A DNA stretch of 63,811 nt, filler included, from Choristocarpus tenellus KU-1152 (GCA_964200185.2; 9 parts of 9 records of this genome joined end to end with filler, not necessarily neighbours in it); one strand, 5' to 3'. Numbered from the whole stretch's first letter, positions 25,119 through 40,144 are shown. The notes: generated from the sequence alone by a model not told the origin. A program made the numbers and translations.

Positions 25119-28100
25119 ATGCCCCAAGTTTTGAATTACCACGACGCAGTTCTGTATGATACAGATGTTGCTCTCTTTGGTGGCTGCAATTGGCTGAACG
25201 ACAACTGCGTTAACTGGTACTTTAGGTATCTAGAGAGCGAGGTTTTTGCTGGGAGAGATGAGCTGTTGTTTATGGACCCTGCTGTGGTGTCGTGCATGCT
25301 TCTCCAATGCGAAGGTAAGAAAGAGCAACAACCATGCTACCTGCCCTGTGAGTAATCCCCACCTGTTCAACTGAAGGCATACCATGGAATCAGATCCTCT
25401 TTTGCCTGTCAAGACTGCTTCTGGAGTCGACTACTCCACAACCCCTTCCGTGGTCTCCTACTTGATTATCACAAGTGTTGGTTTCCATATCGTGTGCTGA
25501 AGAATGCGATAGAGAAACTTCCAAGCATTGGCTTCTTTGTGCGCCCAATCCCACTCGTCTAAGCGTCTTCCTCAGTCATAGCCCTTCCCTTTTGTCTGCA
25601 GAAGACGAGGAGCTGATCGATCTAGGGCGCGGTATCAAAGCAGGCGAAAGAACGCACGTATTTATTCCCATCAATGACACGGAGGAACTCTTATCAAGTG
25701 GCAGCCATTGGTGAGAGTTCAAATTGAAGAATCCATGGGATGAGGTGCGATCTTCTTCGAAGGAGAAGCAACATTAGTTTCGCTCCATTTTCCCTCCTTC
25801 TCATTTCCCTCTGCTCACCTACTCAGGAGCCTTCTAGTGTACGAAAGAGAGACTGGGACTTTCAAACACCTCGATTCGTCCAATAATCACAACGCGAGGA
25901 CAGCAAGAAATGCAGCTGAACAGTTTTCACGACTCCTTGGAAAAACAGGTGAGAATACTTACGCATATATATATATATATATATATACATACATATATTT
26001 GTAATAATGTATGGTTTCCCTCATTCGTTTCCTCAACGTCTAATGCAGGAGTTCTGTCACACCGCTGGTGATGCCATGCTGGCCATGACTTCTGCTACTT
26101 TGTAGTCGACTCATTGAGTATGGCATCACAACGTTTCTGTCACATCGTGGGGGGGGGTGGTTGTCTCATAGAGAAAGAATGTGCTTTTGTCCACCAATAT
26201 ACACAACCCGAGATGGAATTGACTTGATTGGTTGAAGTAGCCTCCATATCAATTGATTCATGGTTTTCACGGAACTGTCATGATGTGATACTCTACGTAT
26301 CATTCTATTGTGTGCAAGAAATTGGGTCCACCCACTTCTTGCGGTTGTCCGAAATTTACCTTTTACGATAGTTCTTCCCAAGGCACCCCTTATGGACAAT
26401 GTGATCTGTACTGAGTTGTCATGCACTGAAAAAGGTAACCTATCCTCAACTGAATTGTGAGTTTGAAGAACTTTTTCAAACCTCCATTAGATGACTAGTG
26501 TTGTGAATCAAATTGATTTATGTTTTATTAATCAAGTAAAAAATTATTGTCTCAACTCGATTGAATCGAAGTGTACTGAACACCGATCGGCAGGTATTTG
26601 CACAAGGTGACCCCCCCCCCCCCCCTTCCCTAATGAGGCTCCAAGAGGTGACAATCTTGACTTGCACTCATTTCTGTTGTCTTTGTCTACTAACATAAGT
26701 ACAATATCCTGCCATATCTGAAAACAGATAATTAACCTGTGTTGTGCTCAAGTAGACTGAAGAATATGTATGTTGTAGACGGGTTGCAAAGTAGAAAAAT
26801 ATTTTCTTGAAAAATGATGTATCTTAATTCCTCTCCACTGGCATTCTTGAGATGTCATTGTCGAGGGAAGGTACATACAAAATACGCACAAGCAAAATGA
26901 ACACAACAACCAACAGGGACGGAGTCTGTATTGTTTATATGTAACATCACAATGAAGAACAAAGACTTTGTCTGTAATATTGTATATCAGTTTTGTTTTT
27001 TAATATAAAAATTGGAATATTTAGAAACAAGAAACAAGGATAAAGCTCTAGTAGGGCAATGAATTCCAACTCTATAAAATAGCTATGGCTACATATCATT
27101 GCTGTGACTACATCCCTCCAGTTTGAGGTACCATCTGCCTTCTTGGTGTCCTTGTCAGTCTGATATGCAAAAAACTGAGGTGTACATTTTTTTTGTCCAG
27201 CTTATTTCCTTGGACTTCTGCAATGCTCCAAGATGATAACAACATAAATAAGCTCTGAGTCTGCCTGAGAAGCAGGAATGCCCAAAACATGACGGGCAAG
27301 TTTGGCTAGGTGTGGAAAGGGCAAAGCCCTTTATTGAAACCACTTTAGCAGGTCATTGAAGCTGCCTTTCCCATAATTCATTCTGAATCATTGTGCTTCC
27401 TTGTTGAAATCAGCTTCCGCTGGTACTTACTGACTGCCCAGTGGGGTCTTGTGATGAGGAGGATCACACATGTGTATGTAGCTCCTGCTGCTTGAAATAG
27501 AAAAACAGACAGACAGGTATCTGATCAAGAACTGAACTTTTCAGTTGTATTGTATCACTAATTATTCTAGATTAAATGATCCAGGTTGATTGAATTGTCG
27601 CAGTTTACAATGTTAGAGGCAATCCCCAGAAGACCTGCACAGAATCACCTCTTCTTGATCATTTCTGGAAGTACACTTGCACAAAGTCCTTTTAGTTTGC
27701 CTTGTTGGGTACACTTGATTGAATATGGTACTCCCACATCCAGATCCCCAAGGAAAGGGCGACAAGCATGACCATGGTGCCTGGAGCATTGTTGTCGCTA
27801 GCTCACAACTTGTCCAATTTGACCGTTTCACTGTTCACATCAGATCAGCAACAATCTACAGTGGACAAACAGTTGTAAATACCTTTGTGGAACTACCTCT
27901 CGTTCACATAAAATAATCAGATATTTCTTATGGAAATATCTACAGTGGATAAAGGTGTAAATAGAGTAACAGAGGCAGGGAATGCCATGATTAGACTTCT
28001 GTCCAGTGCAACTTGAGAACTTGTCCACTGGTACCAAGTCCAGGTTGCTTACTGATCAGTGGTTTGTTCACAATCACCTAAACACTACAGTGCATTAGAA

Positions 28101-31100
28101 CTCTTTTTCTCAACAAGTTAAGGGCCGGAAAATTCAGGAGACACTCTCAAAACCTCACTTTGGTCAATAATGGGTTTTGGCACAACCTGCTGGTTTTAGT
28201 ACTCAATCTTTATGCCATTTTACCTTGTTCCAGCTTAAGAGATATCATCCATGTAAGTCACTCAACCAAGCACTTTGTTATGGATGCAAATAAAAGCTAA
28301 AATGTGATATTTCAGAAGCAGATGCCAGCCAAGCAAGAGAAGTGTGCATATCACACACCTCCAAAAAGTACAAGCCAGCATTAACTTCTAGACAACCACA
28401 AAGATTGTGTGAAGACATTTTTGTTGTTGCTGTGAATAGAAAGAACTTATGAGGCAAATTATATTGACTCAAATTTTCCATGTACTTGATTCAAATCAAA
28501 CTGTGCGCAAAGCAGACATGTTAAGGCGTGTTTTGTGTGACGGACTGCAAAGTACCACATAGCACTGTGAGGCTGAAGGCCCCGTAGATGGTGAGGGGTC
28601 CTACCTGTGTTTGGTTGTTCGCATGGCTAGAGATTGTTCCTGCTTATTCAGTCATCAGGTGGTGTCCTTTCTGTTGCCTTTCTTGGCAATCCCCTGAGCC
28701 TACAACAAGGCCTGAGGGTTCTAATCTATCACTGTATCCTGGACTGCCTGACCAGGGTCAGTGTGCCCCCTTTTCCTGTGTTCACAGTCAGATCATTACA
28801 TTTCACAGGTTATTACATTCCACAGGGCTGCCAAACCCAGTCCTGTTGTCAATTTTGTTTTTGTACTGGTGAGGCAGATTGCCCCACTCACAATTGGAGG
28901 GATTTGAACCTAGATCAGCACAGTGTCTTATGAATGTGTCAAATGATGCACAGAAGCAACACAATTTCAAGTGGGTTGGACTGGTTTGCTGGTATCAGTA
29001 GTGAGGACAGGATCGGGTTGAGCAGCCCAGCAGAGTGCCTTCACCTGACTGAGCACATGAGTAGGAGGGGGGACTAGTTTTGATCAGGCAGTTTAGGATA
29101 TGGTGGGAGGTCAATGCAGAACCCCCTGGCACCTCTACATAATTATAAAATCAGATACTACAATGATGTGGTAATTTTCGGAACTGCTTTTGTACAGCCC
29201 CAGGTCACTAAATATGGTCCCATATCATTGCTAGGCGGGGGATCAGTACAGTGCTTCTTACATTTCTTTGGTACCATCACAATGTGACCACAAAGCAAAA
29301 CTTAACTGTGATAAGAAACCCAAGAAGTATGGCTGCAATGTGGGTACAAATTAACACAAAATAATCCGGAGAAATAGGTTCATAGTATGAACCACCATGC
29401 CACTACTCACTCTCTTTGGTAGATGCAAAGAATGCATAGTTTGCTTTTTTTCATTTTTCAGTTTGCTGATTTAAAGTGATTGTATCGCCTTCAGTTGATA
29501 GCAGATGCTTTCAGGCAGCAGATGGAGTAGGCACAGTACATAGTGACACGTCATGGTGTGAGGAGGGTTCAAGTAATACACAACGGCATTTTTAGTAGAA
29601 GCACATGGCTCGGTGGGCTGCCTACAATCCAGAAATTCTGTAATTCTGCCATGCAATGATTTGGAGGTTGGTGGAGCGGTATAATGTTTATATTTACCAC
29701 AAAAGGTACAAATAATTCCACATATACCTACCATCAAGATTAATGATCTTAGTCATAACATACTGCCAACTAAGCCAAAATCCTGTTTACAACACTGATA
29801 AAGAATAACATGGTCAGAGGGTTGCTACCAATGGATATGAGGCATGACTAGACCGGAAACTCCAAAATGTGCCATGGAATACCTGAGTTATTGTGGAGAC
29901 ACATGGAGCTGGTGGAATTTGCAAAGTAGAAATTGATTGGAGGAATATTTCCAAGGAAGAGTTTGTGTGCTTCAAATTGCTTCAAATGGAGTGATATGCA
30001 CATAAATTTATACTCCACTTATTTAGAATTACATTCAGACAATTGTCATGATGCCCAGGTCGCAGGCACCACTTGCTCTATATCGACACAGTTTGTGGTA
30101 CGATGCTTTATGATGACAGAAGCAAACTGGGCAGAATTGGAAGTTGGAACGGATGTTAACAATCAATACCTTGTCCAACTCCTTGTTTCAATTTAGGATG
30201 CAAAGGTCAATGGTCTTGGATTCCACACCTGATCCAAGCCCTGATCCAGATCATATGTATAAATCTGATGTACAACATAACCTGGGGGAACATGGTCTAT
30301 AATGGGAGGTTATAGATAGGCAACAGTTGAAAATCTAACCAAAGTGCAACCACCTCCCCTGATCGGTCCCAAGCCTCTCCTCCAATACCAACACTTTCTA
30401 AAGCAGCCAGGGGAAAAAATGTGACTGGAAAGATAGTCTCAAACCACCAGACATCAAGGGTGGGGGGGATGGAAACTTTATTCCATCTAAGGAGGTATGT
30501 TGAGCAAAGGGGTGACATAGGAACAGCTGCACAGATGGTCTAGGAACCAAATCACCCCCCATAAATCCCCAAGCCTTACCTTTCAAACAAAGCTAGTATA
30601 CTCCTATGCACCTTCCCTAGAGCATCAGAGGGAGGATTGCCAGGGTCAGAGTATCCTAGTAATAATCTGGACTCTGTTTGGGGTGTGGTTAGGGGACAAG
30701 GTCACCTATTGGTGAGGGGTGTGTATATTGTAGGCTGTAGTGATGAGAATGAAGGGCCACAAGTCTTGTGTTTTTGATTAATGTTTAAACAGTGGACCTA
30801 GCCAGTGCTGATCAATTGATACCCTTAATTTTCACCAAACGGGATCAAGCCAGCATATTAAACACATAATAGTGTTGCTGTACCCACAAGAAATGAGATG
30901 ATTGTGAAACCTTTGTCCTTTATGTCTAAATGTGATACAACAAATGTCCAAATCGTTACAATGGAATCAATTCACCCCCCGTTTCAACACTCTGAGTTGT
31001 GTTAAGAGGCTTGTCACTGAAATCCGTTTCTGTTAGTTGATCTGCAACCAAACTATAACACTTGTTAAAACTCTGGTAGTTCAAAGTGATTTTGTTTGAT

Positions 31101-34100
31101 AAATTGAACAAAAGGGCTCGGGAGGTAAGACAAAATTTGATAGGAAGAACAAACCAATGAACCTCTGGGATTGCCATTTTAGTTGTTAGTGAGTAGTGGT
31201 GAGAAGAGAGTGATTCAACCTCTATATGGGTCACACTCCATTCAGACGCAATTGTCTTCCCCCACCTAGAATCACTTCCTTTGAACCTGGTGGGTGTCTT
31301 AGCCTTTGCTTGTGAGGTAGGATTACCTGTGGGTTCATTCCTGTTCACAGACCATGGCCAAGTCACCTTATGTCAAGGAAGTACAAGCACACTCATTTTG
31401 ATAGTTACCAAATCATATCAGAAGTTTAAGCAGGTGGTGTGATGTACAAATAATAGCCCATTTTCAAGATCAGTATTGGGTCAATCATTGCATGATAATA
31501 CATCCCTTGAGACAAGCTGGTGTACCTAAAGGCGGTGGCAGTTGGATATGGATTATTACTAGAAATGTACCACATATGGAGGCAAAAACAGGGAAATACA
31601 TAGTCTTTCAAGCAGAGGGATGAATGTAAACTGCAGAGATGACCCAAAGTACCTGGGGGGGGGGGGGGTCTACACCAGCAGGCTTATTATGTAACCGTTC
31701 ATATCACATGTACTTGGAAAATCCCTTCTGAACAGTAAACACATTGAAATGCAGCATCAATGCCTGAGAAAGATGTAAGCAACAACAAATAGCATTTCCT
31801 GAACAATATGGAAAACAGTACTAAATGGAAAACAATTTTTTTCTCTTTACATGAACTTCATACTGACCTTACTGACCTCAAAGTCTAAGTGATTGAAAGC
31901 ATATTCCAGGTTTTTTAACTATGGCCTATACTGGCACTTGTAAGGGCACATCTGCATTGCTTGACTTTCAGTGTTGGTCCTGACTCCAGGTGTGGGTTGA
32001 TGTCCAGAAACTCAGTTGTTAGTCTGTGGGTTGGATCTATATCTCTACTGGTACAAAGCTCAAATTGTGCCGAATTGATAGGGGATATGGCAGATGACAT
32101 TAAAATATTAGACATTCACATTCCCAGTTCTTACTGGTAGTGCTTCCCTGGTGATGTGTACTTCTCTGTTGATAGAACCCAATATAACACTGTACCAAAT
32201 TACAGTGTGTATGTGTGTTTTTCTGAGTGTCCACATCATGCATACATCAGAATTTGAGTACTTTGACCTTGACCATGTAAACAACTTACACAGTATGCTA
32301 CAAGCATGCTTCTAGCCCCCACCACCTTGTTATAAAGTCATAGAAAAGTTGGCGTGTTATCACTACATTGTAGAGGAGTGGATGTGGCATCACTGGTTGG
32401 CTCTTGTGTCCAGATTTGAGGTCACGGATATGGATAGCTACTATAGAGCACAATACAAAACAAAGTTCATAGTGTGGGTCCAAGGTTCAGGTTGGAGTTT
32501 TTCTACATTAGCAGGTGTAAGTATGGTTCCAGATATCAAGTCAAAATGTGGCTCTTGGGTTGAGTCTAGGGTTTTCCTGGAGGTCCAGAGATTCAGGTGT
32601 ATAGTGTAAAGGCCTGTATCTGTGTTACACCTATGATCCCATAATATAGAGTACGTACTATTTCCAATTCCAAATATCCAAAATTCAGTTGATTTGGGGT
32701 TTGAAGCCTAGCATGGTCATCCAGAAAGAGGTCACTCACAGAAGAAATATGACAGACAACATCTGTGTGCATGGAGTTGTGTTAAATATGATACAATCCA
32801 CACATGAATTTGACCAGAGGCTTGCTGATGATTGTGATTGACTCAAGGACCTCACTCTGAAGCCTAGAGTTTCAAAATACTACCTGCCCTCTGACACAAG
32901 AAACCAAATTCTGGCATGAACTGAAAAATATGTACCTAAAGGATTTAAAATAGTTTGTTGCTCTGCTATTGGATTCAACATGATATATGCTCAAGTATGT
33001 CCTAGAAAATAAGGACTCATGATTGAATCCCGATGATGGGGATTGTTATCCTCATTGCTGATGATAAATCCGACTTATTTAGATGAGATGAGGTTAATCA
33101 ATGTCAAATGTGTATTTATTTGGTAAGGCATATTTAATGGAACAATGATGATTCCCAATTTCATATTTTTCCTTTTTGAATTATGAATATCATTTTATTT
33201 AGTTTCTGTAGCAACCAATTCTGCATGGTGATGTGAACCATATAAACATATTATGGTTCGATTGAATTGTGACCAATAAAAACTGATTGTGATTTCAATA
33301 TTTTTTTTTGTGTAAATGCACGCTATGCGAATTGCCCATGAAGTTTGCAATTCACGTGGCTCTATTGGTGTGCTGCATCATGTACATTTTTGTTTTTATT
33401 TGAGTAAATGGAATTTTTGTACCTTGAGCTAATGCTCATGATTACTTTCGGCTCACAACAGTACTTGGCTCAGACACTGATATTATGTTGGATTCTGATA
33501 GATCTTGTTGCAGTGAGTCATGACACATTCCCTCAAATTTTTGAGTAGAGGTTTATAGTTTGCCAAAGCTCTTCTGGTGAGAGTTTTCTTTTGTTTTTTC
33601 AGTTGATATGATTGTAAGATTTTTATTATGGATGGAGATTTTCACATCCCTGAAATTTGCAAGACCTTTTTGTATGTTCCCAAGTATTTATTTCTCATTC
33701 TCAAGATGCAAGACGCCACAGTTAGGCAACCTCATGACCAACCTATGAATGTGGTGGATAAGTAAGTTCTGGTCTACCTAGAGCTCTCTTTAGGAGAAGT
33801 TGAGCAGAAACAACGCAAAGTGATTGTGCCCCTGAAAATACCTCTAGGCCTGAGAGGGAAGTATCAAATGATCTTTTTTCCAAGGTCGCTGAAGGAGTTG
33901 GATAGATTGATCACATTGGCATGGATAAGGGCAATGAAGAGGCAGGCTAGCATGGGGATGAATATGAGTACAGGGGTTCTGTAACTTGAGTGGAACAACC
34001 CAGAGGTGACACAGAGTCAACAGACACTGACTGATGACTGTTCAAACAAACATCACCCTCAAATGGTTTTAAATGTTATTTTGAGGGAGAAAAAAAAAGG

Positions 34101-36553
34101 AAGAACGATAAAAATAGCAGCAACATTTAATTTTCTGGACTGGCAAGCAGCCCTGGTATAGTGTCCTTGCTGGAGTAGTATAATCCAACTTTTCCTGTGT
34201 TGCCCTTCTTGTATGTCCAGTCCTATGACATGCTCTACCTGTTGAGCACCAAGATCATGGTGCTCTCCATCTTGAGGGAGCGAATGCTTGTGGAGAGGGA
34301 ATAATCGATACAAAAGCTTTGAAGTGGTGCCCTGTGCAGCATCTGGTCAGCCTTGTGGAAATATTGCCTCATGTATCAGCAATAATAAGTGTGAAAGTGA
34401 CTCAAGCTTGACCTTTCTGTCAATGTGATGAGGAAGGAAGGACATACATACTCAATCTTCATATCAAGATTAAGGGGGAATCCTCAGTTGTGGGATCATT
34501 GCTCCCACCTGCCAGACAATCAAACCAGATTTGTAGCATACAAATCAATTTCTGACAAATCAGTGTCCAATCACAGAGGAAAGAATGATTTAGTATCAAC
34601 CTGAGTCATCTGTGTGCCAAGCATTTTTGTCTGCCAGTTTTGGAGGCCTCCATATGTTCAATGTGAATGTGATAAAGAAAAGTGACATTCTAATTTTAAT
34701 AGACAAGAGAGAAAAAAATAGTTAGGGTCAAAGATGGAGCATTGGTCCTAGAAACGTTGACCAAAACTACAGCCCAGTTGTTCATACTTCAAGATAATTT
34801 AGTCCTAATTTGTGGACTAGACATGGTTGTTGGTAACTAGAAAATACACTATACAGAGTTAAGGAAATAAACTTCAAATACAAAAGCTGAAATAGGGTTT
34901 TTGTTTTGGCTTAGGTGGCAGGCAGTAAGTATACTCAAGATGGTTGTGGAGCTATACCGTGACAAAAGGTTGTACTACTAGTAGTATCATTGTCAGAAGG
35001 CCATTTTCAGGTCATACTAAAATACTGTGACATGCTACATCGTTACACACAAGGAGGACCCAGATGCCTTGAGGGTTCTTTGCTCTGGTTTAGAATGATC
35101 AAGAAACAAAATCTTAGGTCAGACCAGCTCGCAATGTTGGTGCTTTTATCAGTATAAAATGACATGTCAATTGTACATCATCCTTCAACTAGATATTGCT
35201 TGTTTTCTGATTGATATAGCGTGCATATATGTGGTAACAGTCAACAGTTAGTTACCTGATACGACATTCTTGTGCTTGTCATTTGCAGGAAGTGCTGGTC
35301 CTCTTAGACTCACCCATGGCTAGTTATTTTCTCCAAAATGAGTTGATTGATAATTTTCTCTTTCTAATCCACGTGTGGGGGTATTATTGTAGTCATTCAT
35401 CACAGTTCATTGTGAACAGGAGTGATTGTGTTATGGATGGAAGGGGGCAAGGAGTTACTGAATGCACATCGACTAAAGTGAAATTCTTTATGGCTGTGTG
35501 TTTTGGCATGATGATGTTTGTGATATGATAGGTTCAACTAGAAGAGAAGCTGAATGAAAGTCTCCCAATCTCTTGCCTCTTTGTTGGGACTGCTCACCAG
35601 GTACAACATATTTTTATTGGATTATAACACCTATCACATACACCTCAATTTGTTGCAACATACTTGCAAAGCGGAGTAGAGCCTTAAAATTGTACAAGGA
35701 CTGCTTTTTGGGGAGGGTCAGAGTGCTGTGCTCTTTTGGTTGCATTTTCTAGATGTATGACTACCACAACTCCCCAAAAGGTAGGTGGGTACCTGTGGCC
35801 TATTTTGCACCCTGAATCGCGCACTACAAGAAGCTGCAAGATCTCTTCGATAATATAAAGGTAGAAAAATCCTGACATATGTAATTTTTTAGCTCATCAA
35901 ATATCTACAAAGATGGAAAGAAGTGGGGGTATGAGAGAGAATAAAACCACAACACAGAAGGGAAGGGGGATATGATATGATGATAGGTTTCAAATATTCA
36001 CTATTATTTTTTTTTGTATAGAGCGAAAACTATTGTAGTAATGTCTTCATCTGCCAACTGAGTATGAAAATGATACGTATGGCTAGTCAACTCGCAAATT
36101 TCTTTTTGGAGAAGTTGAAGACATTATTTTGTGTCCTAATGGCAGGTCAGAGCTCAGCGCATCAGAGTAAAAGTCCCAAGCTAATAGCCTATTTCTTGCT
36201 TCATATTGTGTGCATTGAAGATCCTACTTCAAATGTTCTTGGCCTCCTTCAAGTCCTAGAATGACAAAACAATGTGACTTACACATTCATTAACTTGACT
36301 TTGTCACTGTTGCCTCTCTGTCTCAGACATGCAGGTGGTTGTTGAGGACGAGAGTGGAGTTCCACAGCAAGAAAATGGGTATGACTGTGGAATGTATACC
36401 ATCCTGATCGCAGAGTGGATTGCTGGAGAAGTTGTAGGGAAAAGACAATCTGGACAAGTGGCACCACACTTGTCACCCAAGTATGTGGCAGAAGCAAGGG
36501 TCCAAACAAAAGCGTTGGTTTTGCAGTGCATCCAAGATAATGGAATTGCTTGA
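25119..36553 (+). CDS. SENP8: NEDD8-specific protease / sentrin-specific protease 8 (Ulp1/C48 family), 4 exons
   Basis: Exons 25119-25314 (MPQVLNYHDAVLYDTDV..WLNDNCVNWYFRYL..FMDPAV), 25602-25710 (VFIPIND..GSHW), 25827-25948 (SLLVYER..FKHLDS), 36327-36553 (..PQQENGYDCGMY..TGA). His, Asp and Gln/Cys catalytic motifs are in order, with GT-AG introns in matching phases. Confidence 0.92.
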
Positions 36554-38567
36554 GCTGTGGCCACCCTTTCATGGCATAACATTTTGACAACTGTTTTATC
36601 CTCAAACAAGGACACCACAAGCACCCATCTCCAATTGGGTAGATGTTCTCCGACCAAGGAGTGTGGGAAGGGGGATGTACATAAAATACATATGCCCTCA
36701 CATCACCATTTAACCCTACATGCCTTAGGGTTCCAGCTCCATCAAGTAGAAGGCAGACCTTCCCAATGAGATAATGCAATTTGAAGTTATCCAGTAGGGG
36801 AACTGTAACAAGTCTGTGCATTGGGAGGGAAGCATTGACAAAGTGCTTCAACAGATATATATTGGTACAACGGAGAAAGGTGCAACTGATTATTTCCTTG
36901 TAGTATCATGGAGTGTAACACTGTAATACTCAGTATTTACTTAATAATAGGGCTAAAGGTTCATGTTCAGTAAAGATCCACTACATAACGCTAGTGCAAT
37001 GCTGGTTCAGCATAAAATATGGGACAAACGGGTGGTAATTATTGGATAATCTTTTCATATAAATAGGATAAACAATATTTGGATTTTTTACATAAGCATG
37101 GATATAGATAGTGTTGAAATATAACTAAATCTAAAATTATTTGTGACTTTTTGATTGTTTTTAGTTTGAAGTTGAAAGATAGGGATACTTCATCCAGCTA
37201 TTTTATGCATATAGATAGAAGATTTACGAAACCATGAGAAGTTTTAAGCATTTTTTTTTCTTCAATCTCCTTCAATGTTAATATAACCTAATTCAACATT
37301 AGCTGAAGACAAGACAAGTGATGGATACCTATACATGGGTTCAGAATTAGGACTTTCAGAGTTGGTTACAAAATTTTTGTTCATGATAGTGAGGGTGGTT
37401 CTTACGTGACTTTTCGTCTAAAACAATATAGAATGTTTGGAGGGCGCATTCATAATAATAGATCTTTCCCACATATGATGGCAGAAGTTCACATATCTGT
37501 TGTTAGCCCATATATAGATAATTTGAGTGTATTTGCACCAAATCACTTCCAGAAGGACCTGGCGAAACAAGAATTTCTAGTTATTTATTTGTGTTAAATT
37601 GGTTGTATGAGCAAGTGTGGACAACTTGCTGGTATGAAACCTCATATCATCATAATTCAATGTCTCAGTGGCAATTCCAACCATCAACCATCCACAGTTG
37701 GGGCTTGCCCTATTGGGAAGAGGTCTTAGTGGAGAAAACAAAGAGGAAGAATATGACAGTAGTTGGTAGAAGGGTCATTGGAACCAATTAGTTCAATCAC
37801 AGCAAAACGAAAGCACAACTTCAAGTTAATTTTTTGGCAAAAAAGGCAAGCCACAGCTTTCAGGGGAACAATCAAACATGTCAGTTGACGGGGGTTCACA
37901 TAAGCAGAGCTGGGTTGAGTGAGGATGTGGAATTATGGGCGTGAGGATATCAAATTTTGAGTAGATTAATATGGAACAAGTCGCATGGGTTGTCATGTGT
38001 AAGTATTGATGTTTGAGTAAAATAGTATGGACCTGGCCACATGGGTTGTCACGTGTAAGTAGATCACTGCATTGGAATCCTTTCATGGAGACTCATCCTG
38101 TGTCAAGAGTTCTGAGGCAAGAAAGGTGGAAATGTGTCGAAAATAAGATGTTCCAACAATCATGTTGATGTGGCTGACAAAACTTGGGTCAGAAGAGGAG
38201 TTGGCAGATTCCCAAGGTTGGTATCGATCACGGAAATTGGTGGTGACCTTCACTGTAGATGGTGTGGCCATCCAAAACAAGGTTTCAAAAAGATCCTTGA
38301 CCCAAGTTGAAGTCCAACAATATTCAGATTTGGAGGAAGGAGCGGTGTTGACGTAAGCTCCTCACAAAGAAGTGGGTCCCTTGTCCATGAGGGCAATCTT
38401 TACCTAAACTGTACTTCATCAACTATTTCTTTCTTTTGGTCAATAATCACAATTCTCTTCTTATGGCCTTGCGGTTCGTGAGGGGGGCCGCAGCAATGGT
38501 GGTCAGCATCCACGAGAACAACGGAAACCCCGACGCGAGGGCAACCTGACTCAAGCTGGAACAGATC

Positions 38568-39849
38568 TGTGGAAAAAGAGCGGTTCGAATAGAGTTTTCT
38601 TGCTTTATGTGGTATGAATGAATCTATTAGCGGAGTGAGCACCATCCCTCGAGGTGGGGGGTGCTCTGCCTCGTCATCTATTTCGCACGTCAGCAGACAC
38701 GCCAGAACGTGTCTGTGTCATTGAACCCATCGAGATTCGAACATATTACTCTAAGCGTACGGAAACAAGTGATTGACACGTACTCCACCCAGTCAACATT
38801 TCTGTTACATAATATTGGGTACAAAGTACATAAGAACCTATAGACTACCAGCCTATATTGCATACTACCCCATGAGCGTGCAGCAAAGATGCTGACAAAG
38901 CTCACCCCCGATGCGAAAGCACGGAATGCACAAAATCAGAAGTACGGCTCTTGCGCAAAGACTTGGGTCAGCCAGTTGTTTTGATATTTGAACGTATTCT
39001 ACGTGGAACAGACCCTGGTCCACGTATTCTCTGGTGCACTTCAGCTTCATCTCCAAGTGCTTCGTTCTCCCGTTGAAACCTGTGATGCTGCCCACCTGGA
39101 TAGCACCACGGTTGTCACAGAACCAGGGAGTCTGGTCCTGTAGTACGCCGATCTCCCCCAGCCTCGAAGAAAAATGCAGTGGCGCATGCCGTATGCCATT
39201 GCCGTCCACTCTGCCTCCGAGTTGAAGAGGGTGACGGCGCCTTGAAGCTTGGAGCGCCAGGCGATCGGCGATCCGTTGAACAATAGTAGGTAACCTGTGA
39301 CGCTCCTGCATGTTTGGGAGTCGGTGTCCCAGTCGGAATCCCCATACCCCACCAAGAGCTCTCCGCCTTCTCCGTTCATATCATTACTCCCCCGACCATA
39401 GCGAATGCAGACGTCCAGCGTCCCTGCTCCGTAGCGCAGAGCATATTGCAGTCTACGCCAGTGCCGCATGCATGGAGACGCCGCCCTGTGCCCCAGTTCA
39501 CGAACGCTGTTGGCCATGTCCGGGCGAGTCATCCCTGCTAGAAACCTGAGTTGGCCGACGATGCTGGCATAGGGGTAGATGATGGAATTCAGTTCCTCCT
39601 CGTTGTCGTGCCTGGCAGAGAGGAGGTTCATGCTGGGGTTCAGTGGTGTGGATGTGTCCCGCACTTCCGTGGAGCCCATCCCGGCCATGACAATGCTTTC
39701 CGCGTATAGCTGTTGATCCAGGGTGATGCCGTCCGCACCCACAGTGATGTCCACCCCAATCAGCTTGTCCGGCGTGCCTAGGTCCCCCCTCGTACTTCTC
39801 CAGCAGCGATGCCCTCATCCTTTGGATCTCCTCGGTGCAGTCCCCAGTG
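38568..39849 (-). mobile_element. 3' part of a Ty1/Copia element: RT C-terminus/RNase H plus 3' LTR (38864-38568)
   Basis: YPYASIVGQL..TRPDMANSV..LVGYGDSDW..SVTGY..IAWRSKLQ..SEAE, CDN..RTKHLEMK and QLAD motifs. The downstream 297-bp segment matches the solo LTRs at 12205 and 43968 and ends TTTTCCACA. Confidence 0.92.
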
Positions 39850-39962
39850 NNNNNNNNNNNNNNNNNNNNNNNNNNNNNNNNNNNNNNNNNNNNTTAATTA
39901 ATTAANNNNNNNNNNNNNNNNNNNNNNNNNNNNNNNNNNNNNNNNNNNNTACCACTGTCTGA

Positions 39963-40144
39963 AGACCCAAAATGGTTGAGGGGGGGGGGGGGTCTACACC
40001 TGGTTGTCCATTCTGACCCTTACCAGGAGAAGTGCATTACATCATCCATCCAACGCATGCAACCAAATAACACAAAAATCGCAACATGAAAAAATTGACC
40101 CCAAATGGACAGCCCCTACCCCCCCCCCCCAGATACTTTGAGCC
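39963..40144 (+). mobile_element. MITE family B, complete
   Basis: AGACCCAAAA...CCCCAGATACTTTGAGCC; TSD TGA; 182 bp. Confidence 0.88.

Noticed and set aside
26166-36264. Nested genes in the SENP8 long intron
   Set aside because: Only short ORFs with no recognisable domains or consistent splice chains were found.
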